Source of the DNA: Clostridium sp. 'White wine YQ'
Lineage (GTDB): Bacteria; Bacillota; Clostridia; Clostridiales; Clostridiaceae
Length of the DNA: 32,000 nt
Direction of reading: 5' to 3'
NCBI RefSeq assembly: GCF_028728205.1
Contig: NZ_JAQYUU010000001.1
Location: 1,626,082 to 1,658,081, forward strand
Part shown: piece after piece, positions 8,935-17,051 of the stretch
Layout: each line of letters starts with the position of its first letter
Position numbering within the stretch: the first letter of the stretch is position 1
Translations under genes and position numbers: made by a program
Notes under the pieces: model-generated
Database searches by the model: none
What the model was told of the DNA's origin: nothing
What the model saw: only the letters and a program-made list of their open reading frames with translations

Positions 8935-9366
8935 TTACAGATTTTTGTTTATTTTAGTAAGCAATCTCATTAATGTTTCAGCTTCCTCTTCTGTAAGATT
9001 AGCTGTAACTTCCCCTTCTATCTCTTCAAACCTTTTATTAAATGTTTCAATTAACTCTTTTCCTTTTGGCATAACATATAATCTTTTTTCCCTCTCATTG
9101 TCTTTGGGAATTCTTCTTTCGATATACCCTTTCTTTTCAAGTCCTTGAAGCATACTTGTTATGCTTGCACCTCTCTTATGAAAAAATTCTGCCAAATCTA
9201 TTTGTATTATTCCTTCATGCTCATTAATAAAACCAATTGTGCGTCCTTGTTCTCCATTTAACCCCAGCTCTGAAATACTACTATCTGTTTTATTTTTTAA
9301 CTTAATGCTAATCACTCTAAATAGGTATGAAATTGGCGCAGCTAGCTCTCTCTTCTTATCAGCCAT
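8935..9366 (-). CDS. MarR family transcriptional regulator
   Basis: Winged-helix pattern ITSMLQGLEKKGYIERRIPKDNEREKRLYVMPKG. Confidence 0.85.
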   Translation of the reverse strand: MADKKRELAAPISYLFRVISIKLKNKTDSSISELGLNGEQGRTIGFINEHEGIIQIDLAEFFHKRGASITSMLQGLEKKGYIERRIPKDNEREKRLYVMPKGKELIETFNKRFEEIEGEVTANLTEEEAETLMRLLTKINKNL

Positions 9367-9430
9367 AATTCTATATCTCCTAATAAAAAATAATAACTTA
9401 ATCCTATATAAGATAAGGTCATTATAATAC

Positions 9431-9442
9431 TTAGAATTCTAA
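9431..9442. promoter_or_regulatory. Perfect palindrome TTAGAATTCTAA, candidate MarR autoregulatory box
   Basis: Identical to 8856-8867. Lies 65 nt upstream of the marR start codon. Confidence 0.45.
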
Positions 9443-9546
9443 CTGTCAAGTTTCTAATTATTTATAATTTTATAGTTAATATAATTCTGTATAGAATTAA
9501 TGAGAGATCCTATTCTCTATGCTGAACCATAAGATCTCTCATTGTA

Positions 9547-10536
9547 TTATTCCATTATTACTTCTTCTATAAAGAGCGTTAAATTTTCCGACTGAACCAA
9601 ATTACAGAACTCATAACCATTTTCACTTTTTACTGCTAAAATAGGTCTTGTAGTTGATCCCTTATTTTGCATAACAACTACACCTTCTTGTCCATTATTA
9701 AGTTTTACTTGTAATCCATTAGGATAGCAGTAAACTGATTGAAGAAAATATTTATAAATTTCCTTATCATATTTATCCACTGCATCTGTTGTGATTTTTT
9801 CAATTGCTACATGAGGAAGCATTGGATTCTCTCCATTAATATCTTTTATGTAATCATTACAAATACCAAGTATTTTAGCATATTCATGTACATTATCACC
9901 ATTAGCACCAAAAAGTCCTGATTTATCTTCTCTTTCGTACATATAGTACACTGCCATATATGTTGTTACAGGAATTGATGGATTTCTTTTTAATATATCT
10001 TTGCCTTTTCTAACGTGGTTTTGTCCTTCTACAAATAGCTTCCCAATATCGTGCAATATTGCTGCTACTCCTAAGTTTAACAACTTTCTTTCATCATACC
10101 TTTTACTAATGCCTACCATCAATGATAACAGCGTTACATCCAGTGAGTGTAATATTAATTTTACCATTTCATCCTTTGGTGCTAAATTACTTATCATAGT
10201 AGCATTTTCCGATAAACTTATATTATCCATAATATCAGTGACAATTTCCGACACTTTAATATGATTTACTTGTTCTTTCTTTTTTACTTCTTCGTATATC
10301 TCAGCTAACCTAGATATTACATCAAGTTTTACAGGCATAGGTAATATCTCTTGCAGCGAAATCTCATCATTGCCATCTTCAATATATACAGTAATAATGC
10401 CCATTCTCTTAAGCTTTGATATAGCACTTCTGGTTAGTTTATTTCCTTTATTTAAAAACATTACTCCATATTCGGTGTAAATTGGGTTTGCTAAAACCTC
10501 ACCAACTAATCTATCTGTTGTTAGAACTAACTTCAT
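9547..10536 (-). CDS. HD-GYP family protein with degenerate HHE and GYP motifs
   Basis: HD motif AAILHDIGK is present. Where HHExxDGxGYP is expected the sequence reads MYEREDKSGLFG. The N-terminal and C-terminal accessory regions are typical of clostridial HD-GYP proteins. Confidence 0.8.
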   Translation of the reverse strand: MKLVLTTDRLVGEVLANPIYTEYGVMFLNKGNKLTRSAISKLKRMGIITVYIEDGNDEISLQEILPMPVKLDVISRLAEIYEEVKKKEQVNHIKVSEIVTDIMDNISLSENATMISNLAPKDEMVKLILHSLDVTLLSLMVGISKRYDERKLLNLGVAAILHDIGKLFVEGQNHVRKGKDILKRNPSIPVTTYMAVYYMYEREDKSGLFGANGDNVHEYAKILGICNDYIKDINGENPMLPHVAIEKITTDAVDKYDKEIYKYFLQSVYCYPNGLQVKLNNGQEGVVVMQNKGSTTRPILAVKSENGYEFCNLVQSENLTLFIEEVIME

Positions 10537-10687
10537 TTTTTTCTCCCCTCAAGTCAACGTATATATCTATTAATAACATAACATATTATGAAGTTTTTTT
10601 AAATATTTAAATTGAATTTATTTTTCAATTAAACAATATTATTGTATGAAATTTTGTTTATTTATTAAAGCAAAATGTCCTTACAAG

Positions 10688-11251
10688 TTATTTACCTATA
10701 TTTACTCCAAGTCTATAAGCTTTCATTAATATATTCTTGTTATTTTTAGATGAACTTTTTTCAAAGGCTTTTGTAGCAATTAAAGTTTTAAAATGTTCTA
10801 ATCCCATGCCCTTTAATTGTTTTGCAGTATACCTAAAATAACTTTTAAATAAAAATGAAAAAGGGGCTGCTTGAGTATATACCATTATCAACTTTTTTCT
10901 ACCAAATCTAGGAATGTGTTTTGTCTTAACTATTTCGGTTAATGGATACAGTCTATCCAGAAGTGCTTTAGTTTGTGAAGATACTTGGCATATATATACA
11001 GGGGTTCCTATCACAATATAATCTGCTTTCTTTATTTCTTCGTAAACATCTTTCATATCATCTTTTATAGCACAATCATGTACTTTTCTACAGTACAAGC
11101 ATCCTTGACATCCCCTTATATTCATATCATTTAAGTAATACTTCTTAACAACTCCACCTTCACTTTCAACTCCATTTATAATCTCTTGTACAATGGTATC
11201 AACGTTACCATTTTTTCTTGGACTTCCTATGAATGCAATTACATAAGCCAT
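10688..11251 (-). CDS. Flavodoxin-like fold NAD(P)H-dependent FMN reductase / iron-sulfur flavoprotein-like
   Basis: FIGSPRKNGNV nucleotide loop and CQGCLYCRK...C cysteine motif. The start is 1 nt after the marR stop (TAA-A-ATG), so the two genes are likely translationally coupled. Confidence 0.75.
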   Translation of the reverse strand: MAYVIAFIGSPRKNGNVDTIVQEIINGVESEGGVVKKYYLNDMNIRGCQGCLYCRKVHDCAIKDDMKDVYEEIKKADYIVIGTPVYICQVSSQTKALLDRLYPLTEIVKTKHIPRFGRKKLIMVYTQAAPFSFLFKSYFRYTAKQLKGMGLEHFKTLIATKAFEKSSSKNNKNILMKAYRLGVNIGK

Positions 11252-11252
11252 T

Positions 11253-11702
11253 TTAAACCCCTTCTTCCTTATCTGCGTCTTTTAGATTCATATAAACTCT
11301 AGCTAGATAATTTTCAAATTCTTCAATCTCCTCTTCACTAAAATCTTTATAATAGATTTTCGCCATGTTAGTTACTATACTTTCATATACTCCAACGTAC
11401 TTTCTTCCTTTTTCTGTTATTGAAATTAATGTAGATCTCTTATCCAAATCATTTACTTTCTTTTCTATATTCCCATTAAGTTCCAATCTATCTAACATAG
11501 TAGTAAGAGTAGATTTGCTTACAGATAGTTCTTCGCATAAATTTATAATAGTCATATCATTAAACTTACTTAATATGAGCAATATTCTTCCTTGAGAATG
11601 GTTTATTTTTAAAGACTTATTCTTTTTAATCTGCTTTGTAAAAATCCTTCCTGTTAGAAAATTAATTTTACTAATCCATAACCCACCTAACTTATTATTC
11701 AT
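11253..11702 (-). CDS. MarR family transcriptional regulator
   Basis: LSVSKSTLTTMLDRLELNGNIEKKVNDLDKRSTLISITEKG. RBS GGAGGG upstream. Confidence 0.85.
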   Translation of the reverse strand: MNNKLGGLWISKINFLTGRIFTKQIKKNKSLKINHSQGRILLILSKFNDMTIINLCEELSVSKSTLTTMLDRLELNGNIEKKVNDLDKRSTLISITEKGRKYVGVYESIVTNMAKIYYKDFSEEEIEEFENYLARVYMNLKDADKEEGV

Positions 11703-11719
11703 AAACTTCCCTCCAAAAC

Positions 11720-11745
11720 AAACTAGTACTATATAGTACTAGTTT
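11720..11745. promoter_or_regulatory. 26-bp perfect palindrome AAACTAGTACTATATAGTACTAGTTT (candidate MarR operator)
   Basis: Read directly from the sequence. Lies in the divergent region between marR (minus) and the EIIC-MCP gene (plus), and overlaps the putative marR -10 element. Confidence 0.6.
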
Positions 11746-11769
11746 ACAATTGAAATTATTTTCCGTCAA
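11741..11769 (-). promoter_or_regulatory. Putative sigma-A promoter of the marR-flavoprotein operon
   Basis: Minus strand: TTGACG (11769-11764), 17-nt spacer, TAAACT (11746-11741). Confidence 0.4.
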
Positions 11770-11777
11770 TGTTTAAT

Positions 11778-11806
11778 TTTACATATATTATCGGAAGCCT
11801 TATTAT
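11778..11806 (+). promoter_or_regulatory. Putative sigma-A promoter of the EIIC-MCP gene
   Basis: TTTACA (11778-11783), 17-nt spacer, TATTAT (11801-11806). Confidence 0.35.
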
Positions 11807-11885
11807 ATAAAGATTTATAGAGGTTTTTCGAAAATTATATATGTCGGAAAACCTAACAAATACAAAAGAAAAAGGAGGACTTAAT

Positions 11886-14021
11886 ATGCAAACAAACGAA
11901 AAAACAAACGCACCAGAGCAAACCTTATTTAGCAAGTTTGGAAACTTTCTAATACAAATGGTTATGCCAAACATAGGAGCATTTATTGCATGGGGAATTA
12001 TTACAGCTTTCTTTATTGCAACTGGATGGGTACCAAATGAAAAACTTGCAACTCTTGTAGGACCTATGATTTCCTACTTACTACCTATACTAATTGGATA
12101 TTCAGGTGGTAAATTAGTTGCTGGCGCTAGAGGAGGCCTTGTAGGTGCTATTGCAACTATGGGAGTAGTTGTTGGAGCAAACATTCCAATGTTCCTTGGT
12201 GCAATGATTATAGGGCCGCTTGGAGGCTTTGTAATCAAGAAATATGATCAAGCAGTAGAGGGAAAAATACCTGCAAATCTTCAGGTTTTAGTAAGCAACT
12301 TTTCTATAGGAATCATATCAGTTATTCTTACTATATTAGCTTTTTTAGGTATAGAACCTTTAGTTTATGCACTAACAGGTATATTTAAATCTGCAGTAGA
12401 ATTTTTCTTAAATGCAGGTCTACTACCATTAACATCATTATTTATAGAACCAGGAAAGATTCTTTTCTTAAATAACACAATAAATCATGGTATATTAGCG
12501 CCTTTAGGTGAACAACAAGTAACTGAAATTGGCAGATCAATATTCTATTTATTAGAAACTAATCCTGGACCTGGACTTGGAATTTTATTAGCTTATTCTT
12601 TCTTTGGTAAAGGACTAGTTAAACAATCTGCACCTGGATCAATAATCATTCATTTCTTAGGAGGAATACATGAGATATATTTCCCTTATGTTCTTATGAA
12701 TCCAGCATTAATACTTGCTGTAATCATTGGTGGAATAAGCGGAAACTTTACCTTTTTAATAACTGGAGCAGGATTAACCGGTGCCCCTTCACCTGGAAGT
12801 ATATTTGCATTAATTAAAATGGCACCATCTGATAAACTCTTCTCAGTTCTTTTAGGCATTATAGTATCAACAATATGTTCATTCTTAGTGGCATCTTTCT
12901 TTATAAAAAGAAAAGGTATTGAATATAACGAAGAGTCAGAACACGGCACAGAAAATGTACAAGAACTTCTTGGATTAATGCAAGAAGCAAAGGATGGTAA
13001 TCTACTTGTAACTTTCGGTGGACATGATGATAATAGTGCACTTGGTAAGGTTATGAAGAGCTTTAATGAAATGATAGGAAATATACGATTCTTGCTTACA
13101 AAAGTAAGTACTACTGCAAATGGAGTAATTAAAAATTCAAACGGTATGACTGAGTACATTGATAGAATTAACACTTCTTTCCACGAAATATCTGCAACTA
13201 TGGAACAAGTTACTTCTGCAGTCTTTGAACAGGCTAATGATACAAGCCATAGTAATGAAAACATGATCGAATTATCTAATAGCATATCTACCTTTAAGGA
13301 TGATATGAGTGATATCTCAAAAACTGTACTTCGTACAAAGCAATTAAGTGAAAATGCAACTAAATCAGTTGATATATTGACAAACAAATCTTCTGAAGTA
13401 AAACAAGCAGCTCAAAAAACTGCTGATAGAATTACTGAACTTAAATTAGATATGCAAAAGGTAAAAGATACAATAAGAATTATCGAAGAAATTGCTGAGC
13501 AAACTAATTTATTAGCATTAAATGCAGCTATTGAAGCAGCAAGAGCAGGAGAAGCTGGAAGAGGGTTTGCTGTTGTTGCTGATGAAGTAAGAAAACTTGC
13601 TAGTGAATCAAAAGATGCTTCAGTTTCTATATCTCAAATAATTAATAATGTTACACAAAAGTCTGAAGAAATAACTAACGAGGTATTAGAAACTGGAAAT
13701 ATGGTAGACGAACAAGCAGATGCAGTTCAAGAAGCTGCCGTTTCCTTCAATGAAATATATTCTGGAATGGAACTTATAACAAAGAGAATTGATAGTGCAA
13801 ATGATTCTCTTAATAATATAACTGTTAAAAATAATGAAACACTTAAATCAATAGAAAATATATCTGCTACTACCGAAGAAACTGCCTCATCTGTTGAGGA
13901 AGTTTATGAAAATACAAAGAAGCAATCAGAAAATATTAGCAAGCTTTTAGATTTTACAAAAGATCTAAATGAAATGGCTAACAATCTTGAAGAAGAAGTT
14001 CGTGCCTTCAAAGTTGATTAA
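11886..14021 (+). CDS. Fusion protein: PTS mannitol-family EIIC permease domain + methyl-accepting chemotaxis (MCP) signalling domain
   Basis: The ORF track gives 11841. The ATG at 11886 follows AAAGGAGGA (11871-11879). N-terminal blocks match MtlA EIIC ([90 protein letters not shown]). The C-terminus has the MCP hairpin-tip signature [35 protein letters not shown]. Confidence 0.85.
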   Translation: MQTNEKTNAPEQTLFSKFGNFLIQMVMPNIGAFIAWGIITAFFIATGWVPNEKLATLVGPMISYLLPILIGYSGGKLVAGARGGLVGAIATMGVVVGANIPMFLGAMIIGPLGGFVIKKYDQAVEGKIPANLQVLVSNFSIGIISVILTILAFLGIEPLVYALTGIFKSAVEFFLNAGLLPLTSLFIEPGKILFLNNTINHGILAPLGEQQVTEIGRSIFYLLETNPGPGLGILLAYSFFGKGLVKQSAPGSIIIHFLGGIHEIYFPYVLMNPALILAVIIGGISGNFTFLITGAGLTGAPSPGSIFALIKMAPSDKLFSVLLGIIVSTICSFLVASFFIKRKGIEYNEESEHGTENVQELLGLMQEAKDGNLLVTFGGHDDNSALGKVMKSFNEMIGNIRFLLTKVSTTANGVIKNSNGMTEYIDRINTSFHEISATMEQVTSAVFEQANDTSHSNENMIELSNSISTFKDDMSDISKTVLRTKQLSENATKSVDILTNKSSEVKQAAQKTADRITELKLDMQKVKDTIRIIEEIAEQTNLLALNAAIEAARAGEAGRGFAVVADEVRKLASESKDASVSISQIINNVTQKSEEITNEVLETGNMVDEQADAVQEAAVSFNEIYSGMELITKRIDSANDSLNNITVKNNETLKSIENISATTEETASSVEEVYENTKKQSENISKLLDFTKDLNEMANNLEEEVRAFKVD

Positions 14022-14025
14022 AATA

Positions 14026-14060
14026 AAAAGTACTTAGTGTTTTTTCACTAAGTACTTTTT
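14026..14060. terminator. Bidirectional rho-independent terminator
   Basis: AAAAGTACTTAGTG / CACTAAGTACTTTT 14-bp stem with a T6 loop. A-run and T-run flanks. Sits between convergent genes. Confidence 0.7.
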
Positions 14061-14061
14061 G

Positions 14062-15078
14062 CTATTTTAAATTCCTTACTCCTGTTTCTAATATTTCCAT
14101 TAATAATATTGTCTGCTCATCTGTTATTGTTTTACTCTTGCCATTTATAATTGCCTCATATAAATCATCATACACTCTTCCATAATCACCATTAACTGAT
14201 TTTACTTTTTCTTCATGAATTGTGCCTTCTTCGTCTATATAAGTCAGTAGCCCATAATGCTTTATTGTATCAACACCAAAATCAGAATTCTCTGGCATAT
14301 AAAATAATTTCAAATGTTCTTCTTGACGATCTTTTGTCTCTTTTACAAAACACCCTTTTTTCCCATAGACAACAAAACTTGGCCTTTCTTTAACTCTAAA
14401 ATAACTAGATTTTACTGATACCTTAAAAATTCCGTAATACAAATCTAGATCAAAATAATCATTCATTCTCCCTGAGCCTAATAGCTGTCTTACATCATAG
14501 TGAATATTATCTGGTTTTCCAAGATAACTGATTACCTGATCTAATGTATGACAACCATGCCCATACAAGTACGATCCTGTAGGATTGAAATTAGTTATTC
14601 CTTCTGGAATTTCTGGACGAAAATAGTCATAATGCATTTCTAATTCAAGTAATTCTCCTAGTTTTCCTTCTTCTATTACCTTTTGAACTGTTAAAAAGTC
14701 ACTGTCAAAACGTCTATTTTGATATGCTTGAACAATCAGCCCTTTCTCCTTTGCAAGAGAAAATATCTCTTTAGCCTGTTCCGATGTCTCCATAAATGGC
14801 TTTTCAACTAGACAATGTTTATTATGTTCTATCACCATTTTCGCATAATCATAGTGGCTGTCATGATTTGTGCAAACTACAACTAATTGTATCTCCTTAT
14901 CATTGAGTAGTTCACTTAAATTAGAGATATAATTCACCCCATCAATTCTACTCCAGCTTTCATGATTAGGATTTCTTTGATATATAGTTTTCACTTTAAT
15001 ATTTTTTCTCTGAAGTACAAACGGAAGATGATATCTATTAGTACTTTTTCCATTTCCAATATACCCAATTGTAAGCAT
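14062..15078 (-). CDS. Gfo/Idh/MocA family oxidoreductase
   Basis: N-terminal Rossmann IGYIGNGKSTNRYH and the conserved EKP motif (CLVEKPF). Confidence 0.85.
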   Translation of the reverse strand: MLTIGYIGNGKSTNRYHLPFVLQRKNIKVKTIYQRNPNHESWSRIDGVNYISNLSELLNDKEIQLVVVCTNHDSHYDYAKMVIEHNKHCLVEKPFMETSEQAKEIFSLAKEKGLIVQAYQNRRFDSDFLTVQKVIEEGKLGELLELEMHYDYFRPEIPEGITNFNPTGSYLYGHGCHTLDQVISYLGKPDNIHYDVRQLLGSGRMNDYFDLDLYYGIFKVSVKSSYFRVKERPSFVVYGKKGCFVKETKDRQEEHLKLFYMPENSDFGVDTIKHYGLLTYIDEEGTIHEEKVKSVNGDYGRVYDDLYEAIINGKSKTITDEQTILLMEILETGVRNLK

Positions 15079-15248
15079 AAGTTCCCCCTTAAATTCTTAT
15101 ATTAAAATAAATTCTTATCATACATAATGGAATTAATTACTTACAATTAATTATATACTACTTATAAATTATACAATAGCTTATAAGCACATTTTTATTT
15201 TCAAAGAATAAAATATCACAATGATTATTAATTTATAGGAGTTTGTAA

Positions 15249-16061
15249 ATGGGATACTATGTGAAAGTAGAACCGAATGTAAAAATTTACGTTGAGGATA
15301 TTAATCCCAAAGGAGATAAAACCATACTTTTCATACATGGTTGGCCAGGAAGTCATAAATTATTTGAATATCAATTTGATACCCTTCCCCAAATGGGATA
15401 TAGATGTATAGGTATTGATACAAGAGGTTTTGGAAACTCAGATAGGCCTTTCCAGGGTTATGATTATGCAAGATTGTCAGATGATGTTAGGTGTGTAATA
15501 GATGCACTTGAATTAGATGATATTATACTAGCTGGTCACTCAACTGGTGGTTCTATTGCTGTTAAATATATGGGACGGCATAAAGGACATGGTGTATCAA
15601 AACTTGCTCTTTTTGCTGCTGCAGCTCCAAGCCTTATTAAACGAGAAGATTTTCCCTATGGTCTTGATAAAGAAACTGTCTTACAACTTATTGAAGGAAC
15701 ATATACAGATCGTCCAAAAATGCTTAAAGGTTTTGGAGACATGTTTTTCTTCCAACATACAAGTGAAGCTTTTTCAGATTGGTTCTTCCAATTAGGATTA
15801 CAGGCTGCTGGATGGTCAACTGCAGCAATTGCAAATACTTGGCTAAAAGATGTATTATTTTCAGATCTTGAAGCTATAGATGTTCCAACATTAATCATTC
15901 ATGGAATACATGATCAAGTTGTTCCTTTTGAATTAGGTGAAGTACAAAATAAAAGTATCAAAAATTCAAAACTCATACCTTTCGAATTTAGCGGACATGC
16001 ATCTTTCTATGATGAACGTGAGAGATTTAATAAGGAATTAGTTAAATTTATTGAAGAATAA
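15249..16061 (+). CDS. Alpha/beta hydrolase (non-haem haloperoxidase / arylesterase-like)
   Basis: HGWPGS oxyanion region, nucleophile elbow GHSTGG, C-terminal HG..D / GH catalytic region. Confidence 0.85.
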   Translation: MGYYVKVEPNVKIYVEDINPKGDKTILFIHGWPGSHKLFEYQFDTLPQMGYRCIGIDTRGFGNSDRPFQGYDYARLSDDVRCVIDALELDDIILAGHSTGGSIAVKYMGRHKGHGVSKLALFAAAAPSLIKREDFPYGLDKETVLQLIEGTYTDRPKMLKGFGDMFFFQHTSEAFSDWFFQLGLQAAGWSTAAIANTWLKDVLFSDLEAIDVPTLIIHGIHDQVVPFELGEVQNKSIKNSKLIPFEFSGHASFYDERERFNKELVKFIEE

Positions 16062-16073
16062 TTTCACTAAACA

Positions 16074-16111
16074 AAAAAGCCTAGATAAATAAAATCTATC
16101 TAGGCTTTTTT
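16074..16111. terminator. Bidirectional rho-independent terminator
   Basis: AGCCTAGATA / TATCTAGGCT stem flanked by A5 and T6. Confidence 0.75.
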
Positions 16112-16121
16112 AAATAATTAA

Positions 16122-17003
16122 TTATCTTTCATAAGCTTTTATTAACTCTGCTATATCGAACTTTTTCATCTTAAGAAAAGCTTCAGTTAACTGAGCCATC
16201 TTTTGAGCATCTTTATTCTGCATCATTTCACTCATAACAGTGGGTGTTATTTGCCATGAAAGCCCGTACTTATCTTTGATCCAACCACATTGCTCTGCTT
16301 CAGGAACGGCAGATAACTTATTCCAGAAGTAATCTATTTCCTCTTGATCATCACAATTTACTACAAATGAAATAGCTTCATTAAAGGTAAAATTGTGCTT
16401 ATATCCACTATCCATAGCTGAAAAAGATAGGTTCTCAAGAATGAATTTAACCTGCATTATCGTATCTGGTTTATTAAATTCATCTCCTTCTCCATATCTA
16501 TCGATATTCTCTATCTTTGAATTTTTAAAAGTAGTTGTATAGAAATTTATGGCCTCTTCTGCCTTTCCATATTGATCCCCTACAAACATTAGGGCTGGTG
16601 TGATTTTTTGCTTTATCTGAGCATCACTAGCATACATTATCTGCCATGAAAGACCATATTTATCACATACCCATCCATACCTTTCACTAAAAGGATAGGT
16701 TCCTATAGGCATAAGTGCTATACCCTCTTCAATAAACTTATTCCAGAACTTATCAACCTCTCCTAAAGTACTGCAAGAAATAACAAATGATACAGCTGGA
16801 GTAAATTTAAAATATGGGCCAGCTGATATTAGCATAAATTCCTGTCCTTCCATTTCAATTGTAAGCAATTCTGCAGTTCCAGATGGAGTGTTATTTAATA
16901 TGGTTTTGTCTATTAGTCTTGACCCTTCAAATAAAGACATATAAAATTCTGCTGCCTCACTAGCTTCCTTGTCATACCATAAGTGTGGAACTATTTTTTG
17001 CAT
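16122..17003 (-). CDS. VOC (glyoxalase-fold) protein with two tandem PhnB / 3-demethylubiquinone-9 3-methyltransferase-like domains
   Basis: Internal duplication is visible: VPHLWYDKEASEAAEFY...KYGLSWQI and ITPALMFVGDQYGKAEEAINFY...KYGLSWQI. Confidence 0.7.
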   Translation of the reverse strand: MQKIVPHLWYDKEASEAAEFYMSLFEGSRLIDKTILNNTPSGTAELLTIEMEGQEFMLISAGPYFKFTPAVSFVISCSTLGEVDKFWNKFIEEGIALMPIGTYPFSERYGWVCDKYGLSWQIMYASDAQIKQKITPALMFVGDQYGKAEEAINFYTTTFKNSKIENIDRYGEGDEFNKPDTIMQVKFILENLSFSAMDSGYKHNFTFNEAISFVVNCDDQEEIDYFWNKLSAVPEAEQCGWIKDKYGLSWQITPTVMSEMMQNKDAQKMAQLTEAFLKMKKFDIAELIKAYER

Positions 17004-17051
17004 ATTAACCTCTCCTTTATTTCTTTAGTTCCATACTAAAGAAATTCATAT

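Noticed and set aside
11841-11885. N-terminal extensions of maximal ORFs (also 2918-2953, 19044-19052, 22634-22672, 30759-30776, 31142-31213)
   Set aside because: In each case an internal ATG with a properly spaced GGAGG-type RBS, or the family-typical N-terminus, lies downstream. The extensions overlap RBSs, neighbouring genes or repeats.
12686-13387. 233-aa minus-strand ORF inside the EIIC-MCP gene
   Set aside because: It is antisense to a gene with clear EIIC and MCP motifs. Its translation is Ser/Leu/Phe/Ile-rich with no recognisable motif and no RBS. This is the typical shadow ORF of AT-rich coding DNA.
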